Part shown: in pieces, positions 10,619 to 24,148 of the stretch
Layout: each line of letters opens with the position of its first letter
Numbering within the stretch: the stretch's first letter is position 1
Assembly (NCBI RefSeq): GCF_000143415.4
Contig: NW_003314276.1
Location: 1,588,696 to 1,652,695, forward strand
Reading direction: 5' to 3'
Source: Selaginella moellendorffii
Taxonomy: Eukaryota; Plantae; Lycopodiophyta
DNA length: 64,000 bases
Notes under the pieces: generated by a model
Databases searched by the model: none
Told to the model about the DNA's origin: nothing
What the model saw: the letters and a program-made list of their open reading frames with translations, nothing else
Program-made: the position numbers and the translations under genes

Positions 10619-11117
10619 TCATCTCTTCTCTGGAGCGCAAGTTGTGCTCTTGGGACGCTTGTGATCCCCGAGAGGCGAATCGGTGGCCGAGCGCTTCAAC
10701 TTGAGCTGCTTGCATACGCTCGAGTGAGTGATGGATGAATGAACCATAGCATTGATCGGGAAGAACTTACCTTGTGATCGGCTTTTTGATAGAAGTGCCT
10801 CAGCAAAATGTTGGTAGCTTCAGTGGAGATGACTGCAAAGAAAGCAAAGTTAGCTCAAATTCGCGAAGCTATGGTGATGGTTACCTTGATCCGCCGGAGG
10901 CATCGTCCGGTCGTGAGTAGCGTGATAAGTGAGCGGTGTGAGTTGCTGACAAAAAAAAAAGAAAAAGAAAGAAATGGTGGTCAGTCAAGCAAGAAAAGAA
11001 AAAAAGAAGAGAAAATGCTCGTCGATCTCTTACGGAGCGATGAGAAGGATCCGATGGTCTCAACTGGCTGAAATTGTGCGGGTTGTACGAAGGAAGATCG
11101 CCCAGCAAGGAACCCAT
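10619..11117 (-). CDS. DDA1: DET1- and DDB1-associated protein 1; exons 11117-11034, 10945-10885, 10832-10771, 10705-10619
   Basis: [28 protein letters not shown]|[20 protein letters not shown]|[21 protein letters not shown]|LKLKRSA...; canonical splice sites. Confidence 0.9.
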
Positions 11118-11600
11118 TGTGATCCTCGCGAAAAGAAAACCTCTTTTTTCGCTTTGCGTTGCTACTGATGAAATGAAAAGAGCTAATGAGAAGATAGGAA
11201 GAACAAGGAGAGATTACTCCACATACCTCGACGAAGACGATAGATCTGCGCGCTTCTAGAGGAGGAGGCGCAGCGGCATTGCAAAGCCCTACCCACACTC
11301 TGGGAGAACCAAAAACCCTACCCTTCCAGCACAAGCGACACGATCGCTCGCTTCTATCCGATAGAGCGACCAGGATTTTGAGGCGCACAGCGATTCCCTC
11401 TCGCTCGATCGATCGAATGTCCCTTCTCTCCTCCTCCTATGACATGGAAAAGAGCCTTGGTTTTGTTGGCTAGGGTTTTTAAGCGGCATCGTCGACAATG
11501 CGGGCACCAGGGCGCGCGATCTTCCCTCCCCGACCGATCAGCAGGTGTTTGTAGCTCGCCAGGAGCTGGGAATCCCCCGGCGCCAGCTTAGATCGTGGCC

Positions 11601-12545
11601 ATGGCAGTGGAATTCGAGAGTGTGGATGGAGGGAATGGAATCTCGCTCGCTGTGAGGATCTACAGGCCGGCGGAGGAGGCGCGCATCGCAGATCTGGCGC
11701 TGGTTCTGGTGCACCAATTCACGGTGCTTGGCGGGTGTCAGGGATTGCTCAAAGGGATGGCGACGGAGCTCAACAACAGGGGATACCTGGTTGTCACGTT
11801 TGATATGCGTGGGGCTGGGCGATCCTCCGGGCGGGCTACGCTCACGGGATCGTCGGAGGTCCAGGACGTGGTGAGAGTTTGCGAGTGGGCCGTGGAGAAA
11901 ATCCCTGCCTCGAGGATCGTTCTCGTCGGCTCTTCAGCGGGTACGTGAAACTCCTCCGACCGATCGTACTCTTGTTTCTAGTCGGTTTGGAAGCTCTAGT
12001 TTTTCCATAGCTGTTCTTCCTCCTCTTTCGTTTCTTCGTCTCTTGGTAGGAAGCGTTTTGTCTTCTCCCAAGCTTTGGAGTTCTGTTGTGTTATCTTCAG
12101 TCTTGTTTGGAAGCATTTCTTGATCGAAACAGGAACTCTTGATGGATGATCATCAAGATGAGAGAATGGACCATCCATTTCCTTTTGGGTTCTAACTCTA
12201 GTTTCTCTTTTCTCGATTCCAGGGGCTCCAATTGCTGGCTCGGCTGTGGATCAAGTGAAAGAAGTGGTGGGATACGTGGGGCTGGGCTACCCGTTTGGAT
12301 TCTGGGCGTCGGTTCTCTTCGGCCGCCACAACAAGGCGATCCTCCAGTCGGCCAAGCCCAAGCTGTTCGTCATGGGGACTCGCGATGGATTCACGAGCGT
12401 CAAGCAGCTGGAATCCAAGCTCAAGTCGGCGGTTGGGAGAGCCGAGACGCGCCTCGTCCCTGGAGTCGGCCATTTCCAAATGGAAGCTCCCGACTACGAT
12501 CCCATGATGGCCAACTTTGTCACAGAGTTCTGTAAGTCATTGTGA
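11601..12545 (+). CDS. Alpha/beta-hydrolase; exons 11601-11940 and 12223-12545
   Basis: TFDMRGAGRSSG, nucleophile elbow GSSAG across the intron, GTRDGF (Asp) and GVGHF (His). Confidence 0.88.
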
Positions 12546-12646
12546 TTTTTCTGTGTTATATACAAGAGTATTTTAAAAAATTAATAATTCTACACTCAGC
12601 ATAGCCGCATTAATACTAAAATTGTCACAAAAATACATGGATCTGA

Positions 12647-12775
12647 CTAGAGTATACCTAGAAGTGTTTTAAAAGGTTTATAAATTATAAATATAAGATT
12701 AACCTAAATGTTTGTATTATGCTAAACTATCTATTCTAAATATTGAAATTTTTTGAAGGTTAATGGCTAAAAGAC
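12647..12775. repeat. AT-rich dispersed repeat; inverted copy at ~28745-28872
   Basis: TATACCTAGAAGTGTTTT..AAAGGTTTATAAATTATAAA.ATAAGATTAA matches the reverse complement near 28815-28865. Confidence 0.65.
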
Positions 12776-12949
12776 AAAATCCTAGTTTCCCTAATTTATA
12801 CTACACCTCCTCTTGAAGCTCTTCACCACCCAACCACCCCCAATCTACCTCAAAAACTACTACACTACCACTCCATTGTGAGTCTTAGGGTAAATTAAGT
12901 TCTTTATCCTAACATGCCTTACTATACCCTTGAGTTTTTTGTTTGCTCC

Positions 12950-14720
12950 TGTGTTGAAGTCCATAGAGAATAGGTAAAAGTTGCAAAAGTTTCCTTAGCT
13001 TTTCCTGTGGCACTTTTACTCGTTAACAAAGTTTGCATGGTTTATAATACTCAAAAATACCAACCTTCATATTGAAAACTACAGTGAACAATATATAGCT
13101 TCTCATGAGCTTTATGTAAAAGCATAATTTGAGTGTCCTTAAACAAAGGAGATCATGGAAATAAAGCAAATTCTTAGAAAGAGAATAATTTTTACACAAA
13201 GAGATTTCAGTTTTTGGATGTAGCTCATGCTTAAAACTCTCATAAATAGGCTTAAAATAAGAATCAGTCATATACTTATGTGGAAAAGATGCCACAAAAT
13301 CAGTGAGAACCACCAAAATAGCATTAATGTATGCTCTCCAACTTAGTGCATCAGCCACTAAATTTTTATTACCAGGAATATAAATGATCTTAAAATGAAA
13401 ATTAGTGAGGAAGGCCAACTAACAAGCCTGTCACTTATTCATAACTGGCTGAGTAAGATAATGTTGTAGTGCATGAATGCACTTCAAAATCCACACCCAT
13501 GAGAAAGTGTTCCACTTTTGCAAGGTAAATCATGGAAAGAAATTCTTTATTATAAACTAAGTAATGAGATTTAGCACTTGAAAATTTATAGCTTTCAAAA
13601 GCAATTAAATGATTGTCTTGCATGAGCATAGCACCGATTTTGGCATCATCATTATGAAGACAAGAGCTGCCGTCACTACCATCTTAAGTTGTGCAAAGTT
13701 AGAAGTTGCTACTTCATTCCACTTAAAAAGAGCATTCTTATAAAGCAAACTACTCAAGGGAGATGCTATCATAGAAAAATCCACGCGCGGGATCTATGCC
13801 GCGGCCGGGGCCGAGGCCTTATGAGTGCATCCGGCGGGCGTGGCACAGCAAATCCCACCAGGCTCTCTTAGAGGTCACCACATGCCCAAGATACTCAATA
13901 TGATCTTGGAAGAAGAAATTTTTCTTTAGATTCAAATAGAACTCATTTTTCTTGAGTAGGTCAAGTTATTCTTTTTCAGTCTTAGTGTAGATGAGTATAT
14001 CATCCAAGTAAACAAACTCCCTTTTGCAAATAATCTTGAAACAGACTGCCATAAAGGTTGTAGGAGCATTAGTGAGTCCAAAGGGCATGACCAAATATTC
14101 ATAGTGGCCAAAAGCAGTCTGAGATGCTATCTTAAATTCATCTCCTTCCTTAATTCAAATTTAGTGATAGCCACTCTTAAGATAAATCTTAGAAAAGTAA
14201 CATGCACCTTCAAAACAATCTAAAAGATCATCAATGTGTGGTGAAGGATAAGAATTCTTCACAGTTACCTTATTGAGAGCTTGATAGTCAACACAAAGTT
14301 GCATGGAGCCATCCTTTTTCTCAACCAGCAGCACTAAAGCTCTAAAATGACTTTAACTTGGTTGGATATAACCTTTCACTTACAAGTCCTTTAGTTGATG
14401 TCCTTTAGCTGCAAGTGATTCTGCATGTGAAACTTGATAGAGAGCTCTAAACACTGGTTATGAACCTGGTTCAAGCTCAATAACATGATTTACCATCTGT
14501 TGTGGTGGTAGATCTAAACTTGATTCTTGCTATAAGTAATCTTTATATTCTCACAAAGGAAAAAATATTGGAAACAATGGATTTTCCTTTATTAGTGCTT
14601 TAATCTCTATTACAAAAAGTATAATACCTTTCCTCTTGTTTCTTAACTTCTGTAGCCGTGATAAGTGGAGTCAAAGGCAAATTGTGTTCACCCTCTAGAC
14701 TTTTTGGCCACCTTCAATTT
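12950..14720 (-). mobile_element. Decayed Ty3/gypsy pol relic (RT, RNase H, start of integrase region)
   Basis: Minus-strand GHYEYLVMPFGLTNAPTTFM, FVYLDDILI, IEYLGHVVT, LMQDNHLIAFES, YIPGNKNLVADALS with many stops; no LTRs found. Confidence 0.85.
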
Positions 14721-15180
14721 AAGAATATGCTTGTAAAAGTAAAAGTAAAAAGCTTTGGAAGCAAACACTAAATTACATAACTAATTTAAATAGCCTTGAC
14801 AAAAATGATGTAATTATCATTAAAATGTATAAATGTGTACTTGAAGACATATAGAAGAAGACTCCAATCCTTATATAAACCATTATACTATTGCAGCATT
14901 ATCTTTTAAAGACATGTGGGAAACTTACATAGATACTAAATATCATCCTAAGAATGATAAGTGGCAATCACTACAAAGTGATTAAATTAATGATATATAT
15001 CACCTCCAAGAGTCACATGGAAGAAATTTGGTTGGATGCAAGGATTGATAACAAGAGTAAAAATTGCACCACATTAATTAAGTTTAATTGTTTAATTATA
15101 ACCATATAACATCAAACAACTACACCAATTGCTGCTTTAAAAGAGGAAGAGGAGGTTGCTTTGCCATGAAAATGAATATT

Positions 15181-15204
15181 ACACACACACACACACACAT
15201 ATAT
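15181..15204. repeat. (AC)n(AT)n microsatellite
   Basis: ACACACACACACACACACATATAT. Confidence 0.9.
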
Positions 15205-15889
15205 AGTTAAGGTTTGTATAAAACAATTAACCATTAAAACCATAAATATTTGATATGAATCACATCTAATCCTTTGATTCCTTGACATTATACTCTTCTA
15301 TCGTAATTATACTTTACTTACTTTCATTAATTTCTATAATTTTTCCTGGACCACCCGTTTTCTTATTGTTAATAGGTATATTAGCAACTATAATTTTTTA
15401 ATTAAATAGTAATTTTTATTTTTCTAGTATTATTAGGAGAAGACTAATTAATAGTAAGGTAATTTTTTGTACTTTTTGTATAATGGTTAATCTTCTTCTA
15501 GAAAAAATAGAATGTAAAAGATGTTATCAATTAATGACATATGAATATGATAATTAAGGTTGTAAAACTGAACCATCCAGTTTGTGAGTGGTTATCCTAT
15601 AACCACTTTTTAGAATCTATAGCATGCCCAAGGTATAAGGAGCATTAACAGTGAGAGAAGCTAAATTATATTTGGATTTGACTGTCATAAATTTGCATGG
15701 TGCAATTGACCTGATCTCTTCTGACATTGTTTGTATTGATCCAAACTCAAAGGCTACCAAAAAAGTGGCCAATACAAATGTCAATCCATAATTATTCATT
15801 ACAATACAATTAACGAGGTCTAAGTGTATGGCTATGGTGTGGTGAGTGGGATTTTGATAAAATTGGTTTTAAGTATGATTAAAATTATT

Positions 15890-16490
15890 ACAAATATTGC
15901 AATACAACGAGATCACGTAAAATTAGTATTTGGTTTATAAATAGGAATTTTACATTTGCTCAAATGTCTTCAACTGATATATTATTAATGCATTAAAATG
16001 CCACAAAATTAAACTTGTATTGAGTTTAATTATAAAAGTGAGCACATAACAATGAATTGGTATGAAAATATAATTGTGGTAGAAGATTAAAAGGTCAATT
16101 AGTCTATAGGGGAATTGAATGTAATTTAAATCAGTTGTTTATGATTCTAGTGGCTGATTGTACTGTAAAAACTTTATTTGATGTATTATATACATATATT
16201 AATCCAAAATAAATTCTATTTCTAGTATTATTATTTTATAATTAAATAATAATAATAATTAATATTTTAAAACAGTCATATATAGAAATTATTGTTACAA
16301 CAAAGAGTGGTTGGATCAGTTGAACTTCACTTATTATACAGTCAACCACTCTTAAAATTTTGTTAATCCAGTTACTGAAGTTCATACAAATTATATTAAA
16401 GTGATATGAAATACAGTGAAAAGATCCTTTCCTCACTATGGTATAGTGAAGGATTATACACCTCTTACTTTCAAGAATATATTTTCTAAA
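15890..16490 (+). mobile_element. Decayed Merlin / IS1595 (ISXO2-like) DDE transposase relic
   Basis: *KYNCGRRLKGQLVYRGIEC..LFMILVADCTVKTLF (16063-16180) and TVNHS*NFVNPVTEVHTNYIKVI*NTVKRSFP (16338-16433) match family motifs RKYxRGR..GxWVFGG and TVNH..FVxP.TG.HTN.IE..W in the right order. Confidence 0.75.
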
Positions 16491-16609
16491 TAAAGGAAGA
16501 ATCTTTTTTTAATATTCTATATAATTATAGTAGAATAGATACTTTAATCTTGACAACTACCCTGACAACATCTCATGCAGATTTTTTTTTCTTCGTTTTT
16601 TCTTTCCTC

Positions 16610-18796
16610 TGTGCCGATCAGGGTAGTCTCATTGGTGAGTGAGTGAGAGAGCTAGACAGGATCCAATCTTTCTTAGTAGCATCACATCAAAAAGAAAGAG
16701 GAAGAAGAAGAAGAAGAAGATGTGGCTTCTTCCAAGACGCAGCATGAACGTGGCACTCACTTCCTTTTAAGAATAGGTTAAGATCATTAGGGTTGCAAAT
16801 GAACCAAGAGATTGAGGAAGAGGTGTTGCAGCAGCTGCCGCTGCGCGATGTCTGGCGGATGAAAGCAGTGTGCAAACGGTGGCGGGAATTGATCGACTCC
16901 CCAGGCTTTGGCGTGCGGCACGCACAGGCAAGCATTCCAGCAGCTGTTCCTTATGTTCTTGCAGGCACGTTGTGCGGAAGGATGTTCAGGGGCAACTCAT
17001 TTACGCCTTTAACTGGATTGAGATGGAAGTGTGCCCACAGGGGGGGTTTCTTATAGGAAGTGCTGGTGGATTGCTCTGCTTTTTGAAAGGGAACCAGGTC
17101 CTAGTAGGCAATCCAGTCACTGGATGCTTTAGAGCGTTGCCAGATCTCAGGGCTAAAGGGCTGATTTCATCCTCTTACATGGGCATCAGTCAAGACTTCA
17201 GGGAATACACAGTCTGCTTTGTAAAAAGTCGTTCTTGTGAAGAAAAAAAAGTTGAGATCAGAGGTAAAGTGAGAAGTGTCTACACAGTGTTTACAACACC
17301 TCATGTATACAACTCGAGACTGGGAGAGCTGCTGGAGGGCTGCTAGCACACCATTGGGATGGTGTCAGTTGGAGAATATGGGGGAAATGGTGGGCAACGC
17401 TACTTTGTATTTGCTTTGTGGTCACTACAAGAATTTGAATGATCCAGAGTATGTCAGTCTGTTCACTTTGGATTTGGAATTAAGGTTGAGGTTTGAATTA
17501 AAGCAGACTTGGCCATGGGATGAGCAGCTACACAGGAACCATGGTTTATTTGTTTCCTGCCATGGTCGGACAGGTGTGTTGTGCTGCACGCAATTCAAAA
17601 ATAGCATGCAGCTATGGTATATGCAAGGAGAAATAGGTGGTGATGTTGGAGGTGAAAATCTGGCTAAAGGTGTTGGTAAAGAATCCAATGCTATTTGTTT
17701 GAATGGAGCTGTTTTATTTGTGGAGGAGAAGTCTTTATCTACAACCATTTTGAATTTATCTACTACAGATGCAGTTGCTTTCCCATTTCAGAAAAAATTC
17801 CGCTCTAGCAAATTTCGTAGAATTTACACCTTCGCTTTTTTTACCATAACTTGTATTGTGTTTCTTTTTATAATATGAATTACTTAGTCTCGTTATTACT
17901 TTCATTTTCCTCCTTGGGCAATTTCACGAGCGCTGGGCTGGGTATCTCTCTCTTTGTTTCTCTCGCTCCTTCTAGGGTTTCCTCCCTAGTGCTCCTAATG
18001 CATGCTCTGGAGCTCTTTGCTGCTTGTGATCAATAGCTCATCTCGTGTGATCTGTTTATCCTCCTCCTTTCTCCTCTTTCTCCCCCTTTTTTCTGCAAAA
18101 GTTTGAGACTTGATCAAGAGAGAAGCACCTGGAAATGGTTATCAGTACACAAAATATAAGAAAATGGAGGAATAAAATCATGTCAATAATATAGAATACT
18201 TACAGTTTAGAAAATGTTTGTTTCTTTTAATTCATTGTTTTTTCTTCCAAATATATGTATTATTTCACTTTAAAAGGAAATAAAATAAGTCAACCTTTTT
18301 ATGTTTCAAAGAAATATCTTAAATTTTCACAACCAATCAATATTATAAATACAATCATGGTAAAGATACATTGTTCATTTTGATTATGTTGGAAAGTGCA
18401 TGATTATACTTTAGAGTTTGTGTTTGCTAGTGATAATTACTTGCTTAAGAATGTTTGAATGCTTTATTTTGAAGAGAAAATTGGGAATGTTAAGTTTTTC
18501 AAGAGCAAAGAGTCAATAAAAATGATGCAATCTAAGAGAATTAACCATAAAAGGCAACTATATTACTGAAGAATTTGTTATGCCAAACAGCAACATGGTT
18601 TCCTTTATTTATTTATTTATAGTTTTTATGAAATTTCTTTTTTATGACTGGTTTGTCTTTAATTCTATGAATGCTAAGCATAGCACCTAATAAGGAGCTT
18701 GTTTACATTGCATAGCATTGAATATTAATGTTAATATCTTAGCCATTGCACATTATGATAAATGATGGGTAATGGTGTTGCCACTATGGCCTCTTA
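16610..18796. repeat. Inverted ~2.2-kb duplication of the F-box end of the mosaic block (matches 26740-28580 and 56390-58610 on the minus strand)
   Basis: CCACTATGGCCTCTTA (18781) is the reverse complement of TAAGAGGCCATAGTGG (26740); homology continues through the F-box copies. Confidence 0.85.
16799..17878 (+). pseudogene. F-box gene copy A, frameshifted
   Basis: EIEEEVLQQLPLRDVWRMKAVCKRWRELIDSP F-box followed by a SAGGLLCF..NPVTG..R.LP associated region; split over three ORFs. Confidence 0.8.
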
Positions 18797-20880
18797 GCAT
18801 ATGAGCTGCTTCCACACACAAAAGTTATCTTGATTAAGTTTGAGCTAAGATTTATTCACAACATATGAAGAATGCATATATTCAAGTACTATGGTTGCAA
18901 AGACTTCTCTACATAGAAAAATGTCAAGTTTTACACTTTCAGGTTGCAGTATTATAAACATCTTTACTTTTGCATAATTAACTTTGTATGCTGTGTAACT
19001 ACATTTACAATATTGAAAAACTTAAAATGAACTTATCCAAAATGTTGAAGTGATTGTTTTTTACTGATTATTCTATCCCTGATCTACACACAAAATATCT
19101 TATTATATTTAACTTTATTTATCTTTTATAATAAGAAAAACATTTAAATATTATATTTAATCATTATGTGTAAAATAATTAATTAATTTTTTTTTAAAAA
19201 AAAAATTCTTTACATATGATATGGTACTTTCTTTTTAATATTAAATTATTTTGTGTTCCATCAAACTCGATTAAAAAGATATATATTGTAGTGGATGTTG
19301 ATGGTGTGATTGTAGCTAATGCTAATATCTTTCATGAAGTACAAAATGTTATAATTGATGTATTAAAGCAAATAAGTAATGCTTCCATTTGTAAACAACT
19401 TCCAAAAAAATTACAAACATTTTACATTTATTCAAATTATAAATAATAAATTTAGCATGGCGTGTTTTGAGTTTTAATGAAGAAGCTACATTGACTTTTC
19501 TTGATAATGTAAAAATGTATATATTCCAATGCCAGATTAGATTTAGTATCATCTCAAAATCAAAATGTTAACACAAATGAATTTTCACACTTGTCACAAT
19601 AGGTTAACAGTTTACCAAAGTCCAAATGACAACTTGGTATTATCAATTAAGTTTGATTATTTTGTGAAAATGGAACAATTTATTAAAAATACAACATCCA
19701 ATCTACTGTCATTCTTAAAATACTTTTCTTTTTTATATAAAGGTTTTGAATTAAATTTTAGGTTTTAAACAATTTACAACACTTAAAATCATTGTGCTGT
19801 GACTAAGGGTTTTTCTGCTGGAAACTGAATTGTTGGGCTTGCAAAAGAATTCTACTGGCTTGCTCACATCTATGGCTTGTTATGAAGTTTTCCTTCCTCA
19901 AGAAAGATAGTGCTTAGGTGGTGCTTTAGAAAACACTCATTGACTATATGCAATGAGACTTGACCAGACTGGATGGTTCTAGTTTTCCAAGGACCTGTCT
20001 AGAGAGTATAACACCAAGCTCAACCTGTGTTGTGGACATCTCCTAGAAGTACTTGCAGTTTACATGAAAAACTACTTTGTTTTTCAATGGCTATGTCCAA
20101 TGATTCATTGTTAAAACATATATAATTGTTTTAGACAATGAATCCTATCTTAGTTGTATTGAAAGCATTCTTTCCCTGTGGCTGCCACTTTGTGTCTGCC
20201 ACTCTTACTCATCACCGTCGAAGACTTTGCACTGTTGTGGGTGGTGGTGACCATTGTCACTGTCTGGGAGGATGATCGTCTTCTTGGTGATCCCATCACA
20301 TTTTCAACCCAGTTGTGATGCTCCACTACGTTCTTGACGCCCAGCTTGTAACTCTGCCCTGATGATCCCTGCCATCTGAGCGACACCCCACGGGTGAGAG
20401 AAGCCATTGATGGACGTCAATTCCTGTTGGTAAATGCAGTGTTAGGGTACATCTAAGATATATGTTTTCCATCTCTTTTCAATTCAGAGGATTTTGCAGG
20501 GGTAGTTTCTATTGTGCAGTGGCTGGTGAAGCAATGTAAGCCCAAACTAGTGTGATCCACTGTGGCAGTCCTATCTATTCCACAATGCCGATTGATGGCT
20601 ATATTCTAAACTATGCTGTTTCAATCCAATGGCTAGAAAAATATATGTATACTGAGCGTATCCATATCAAAACAGTATTATAAACGGTTAAAAACACTAG
20701 TTTGAATTTGACGTACTTGCGATGTCGTCCAATATCATTGAAGAGTGAGGAACCACACCACAAATCAATGAGTAACAGTGTAACGCTACAAGTTCCAAGT
20801 AGTTTCTTAGGGATAGATCCTTATTTGTATCCATCTGCTTGGCTCGCCCACTCCCACAGATTTTACCCTTAGTCCAGGAA

Positions 20881-22643
20881 ATGGAAGGGAGATGGATCTT
20901 GAGCACTTGCATCGTCCTCTTCACTGCAGCGCTATGGCGATTCGTGACGGTCTACTGGTGGCGCCCCAGGGCGATCGCCGCGCAGCTCAAGAAGGAGGGC
21001 ATTCAGGGGCCTCCACCCCGATTCATGGTAGGCCAAATAGCTGAAATCCAGAACATGAGGAGCGCCATCAAGGATCACGACATGGAAAGTTTCAGCCACG
21101 ACATTTTCCATCGGGTACATCCTGCGTTGCTCAAATGGCGGAAGCAATATGGTATGTTCTTGTCATCCCTGATGAATCTCAAAGCTTCGTTCCTGATGAT
21201 CATGGTCCAGGGAAGAGATTTGTGTTCTGGTGGGGAACTGAGCCAAGGATATTGGTCTCGGAGCCTGAGATCGTAAGGGAGGTTTTGTCTAAAAAGTTTT
21301 CTCAGTTTGATAAATCGGAGGCCGGGCTGCGGTTGGCGAACTTGTTCCTTGGTGGTGGATTAGTTTCTGTTACTGGAGAGGAGTGGAGTCATCACCGCCG
21401 ACTCGTAGCACCGGCATTCTTTCATGAACGTATTAAAGTGGGTATTCATACTATTATCTTCTCATGAAATCTGGCTGATAAGTGTTTCTGATTCTCCTGT
21501 AAACAGCAAATGACCAGTACAATCGCAGGGTGCGCATCTCGCATGCTTGATCAATGTGAAGCTACGATGCAGCAGAATCCCGAGATTGAAATCTCTGGAG
21601 AGGTGCGTAAGCTCACAGGAGACGTTATCTCCCATACAGCATTTGGAACTAGCTATCTCAAAGGCCAGAGAGTTTTCGAGATCTTGTCCAAGAAAATCCC
21701 AGAGCTAGTCCCCAAACTCGTCAGCTTTTCCTGGATTCCAGGCTTCAGGTATGCTGGATCATCTACTGAACTGAATCATATTCACTTGCTTACAGGTTTC
21801 TCCCACTTCCAATCAACCTCCGACTGTGGAAGCTTCATCAGGAGTTGGATTCTCTGATCACTAGGATCATAGACGAGCGTCGGAACTCAGTGAAGTCAGG
21901 GGGGAGCAATACATACGGGAATGACTTACTCGGACTGATGCTAAAGGAGTGTGACAGCAGCAGTAATTTCACAAGCAGGGATCTGATAGAGGAATGCAAG
22001 ACATTCTACATTGCGGGGCATGAAACCACAGCGACCTTACTAACCTGGACTTTGATGCTACTGGGAGGCTATCCTGAATGGCAAGAACGCGCCCGTGCTG
22101 AGGTACACGAAGTATGTGGCAATGAGATTCCTGATGGCGAGAGTGTCAGCAGGCTCAAGCTCGTAAGTCGATCAATATCTCCTAATTCCAAAACTTAACA
22201 TCTTGATTCTTGAACAGGTGGGAATGATCCTTTACGAAACTCTGCGGCTGTATCCACCAGTAAACGAGATGACCAGGGAGTGTGTGGAGGAGTGTTGGCT
22301 GCAAGTTTTACACGTTCCAAAAGGAGTATCTGTGTCGTTTCCAATCGTTGGATTGCATCAGGATAAGGGGCTCTGGGGAGAAGATGCAGGCCAATTCAAT
22401 CCAGATCGCTTCAAAGATGGGATCTCAAGCGCGTGCAAGCATCCAAATGCTTTCATGCCGTTTTCGTTTGGGCCGCGGGTGTGCGTGGGCCAGTCGTTTG
22501 CGATGATCGAAGCCAAAGTCATTCTGGCTATGATACTACAGCGATTCTCGTTCCGGCTTTCACCGAACTACCGCCATAATCCTGCGATGAAGTTTGGCTT
22601 GAAGCCTATCCATGGAGTGCCGCTTGTACTCAGTAAAATGTGA
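20881..22643 (+). CDS. Cytochrome P450, CYP72 clan, 5 exons, copy 1
   Basis: N-terminal anchor, GIQGPPPRF, AGHETT, WQERARAEV, ETLRLYPP, FNPDRF, heme motif FSFGPRVCVG; four short GT-AG introns; no lesion noticed. Confidence 0.9.
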
Positions 22644-23299
22644 TGCATGTTCGTGGCATTAGAAGTTTAAAAAGGTTATGTTTGTTGAACTACTCCGAGT
22701 TCTTGAACCAAACTGGTTGATAAATCATCTGCTCTTTCATACCTCAGAAACGTTTAGAACCATCGCGATGGAGCCCGAGGTTCCAACAGAGGTTTCTGCA
22801 TCTTTTTCATCCACCACCGAGTGGACTCGCGGGCTTTTTGAACCATCCAAAGAGAGACGCGGTTTGGTGTCAAGAGGCGAGGCGATCAAGCGCGAGATCA
22901 ACGCATCTACGTCCTCCTAACTCCTAAATCCGTCTCGAGCAGCGAGAATCTCGTCCAAAACGCCATGCCAGATTGGTAAGTGTAAAAGAAACCGGCAAAG
23001 ATTTTGTTTAACTTCAATAAAAACAATAACATCAGTGGAGTGAGGTCGTGAGAGGGCTTCCACAGTGGTATTGCTGAAAACGAGATAGAGGGCCACCAGG
23101 GAATGCAGGCTCATGGCATCGGCTAGGACATGGTACTTTCTCAGCGAGAAGAAGGATGTCCTCCCTCCGATCCATCACAGCTTCTGGATCCCAATCGAGC
23201 TGGTATGGCATTCATATTTCTTCCATTGTTTTTTAGTTCTAGGTTTTCGTCCAGGGAGGAAGGCATTCTATTTCGTGGGGAGATGGAGCTGGATGGGGC

Positions 23300-23902
23300 G
23301 GTGAGGAAAGATTTTTGCACCATTTGCAAGAGTGGTGGCAAAGTAGCTCGAGATGCCCTGGTTTGTTGTGTTAGTGTGCATGAATGTCTTTCGTTTCTCT
23401 GACATTATGTATTTATTTTTGTTTCAGGAGGAGCCGCTAAGTAGATTCTCAAATTACTGGTATTGGCTTGGCAAAGGTTATCTTGCTGCAAGAGGGAAGC
23501 ACTAACAGGAGTTTCATGCACTCTCACGGAGAAGGAAGACGGAGGCAGGCAAGAAGGCAGAAGAAGACCTGATGAAGCATTACCTTGTCAAGTGGAAGTC
23601 GAGGTCTTACCTTCATTGCTCTTGGTAAGTCTTTTCTTGCTTATAGATACTAGTCATTCGTACGAAACATCACAGGAACCGCTGAATGAAATGGAGAGAG
23701 CTTCAAGGCTGTATCATGGCTTGCGAATGAAGATGAACCAATTCCACAAAACGTGTGAGGCCATGAAACAATGTCCAACTCGAGCGGAAGGAATCACTGT
23801 TGATAGGGATGAAAGGTTTGCTTACGATGATTTTTCTTGCATGTTGACACTAAATTATTAGGTGTCAGGAGGAGTATCTTGTCAAGTGGAAGGAGCTTGG
23901 GA
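23300..23902 (+). pseudogene. CHD3/PICKLE-like N-terminal fragment (partial PHD, chromodomain 1, partial chromodomain 2)
   Basis: DFCTICKSGGK, MKHYLVKWKSRSYLHCSW, LRMKMNQFH, EEYLVKWKELG with residual introns; no ATPase domain. Confidence 0.75.
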
Positions 23903-24148
23903 TGTCAAGCATATTCTATATCTCTCCTCCTCCACATTTTTGGTTAAAGTGACTTCTTGGCTTGTATGGAAGTGAAAAGTTGAGGTTTTGGGTGATTTGA
24001 TGTATGGACTTTGGAGCAAGAATTCTTGCAAAATATAGAGTGGATTGAGCTGATTCTTGTTGCAGAGGAGGTGCCATAATATAATCTATCCACTGAATCC
24101 AAAATGGCTAGGTTTGTATAGGGATTTAAGGATTTTGATGTTTGGTTC

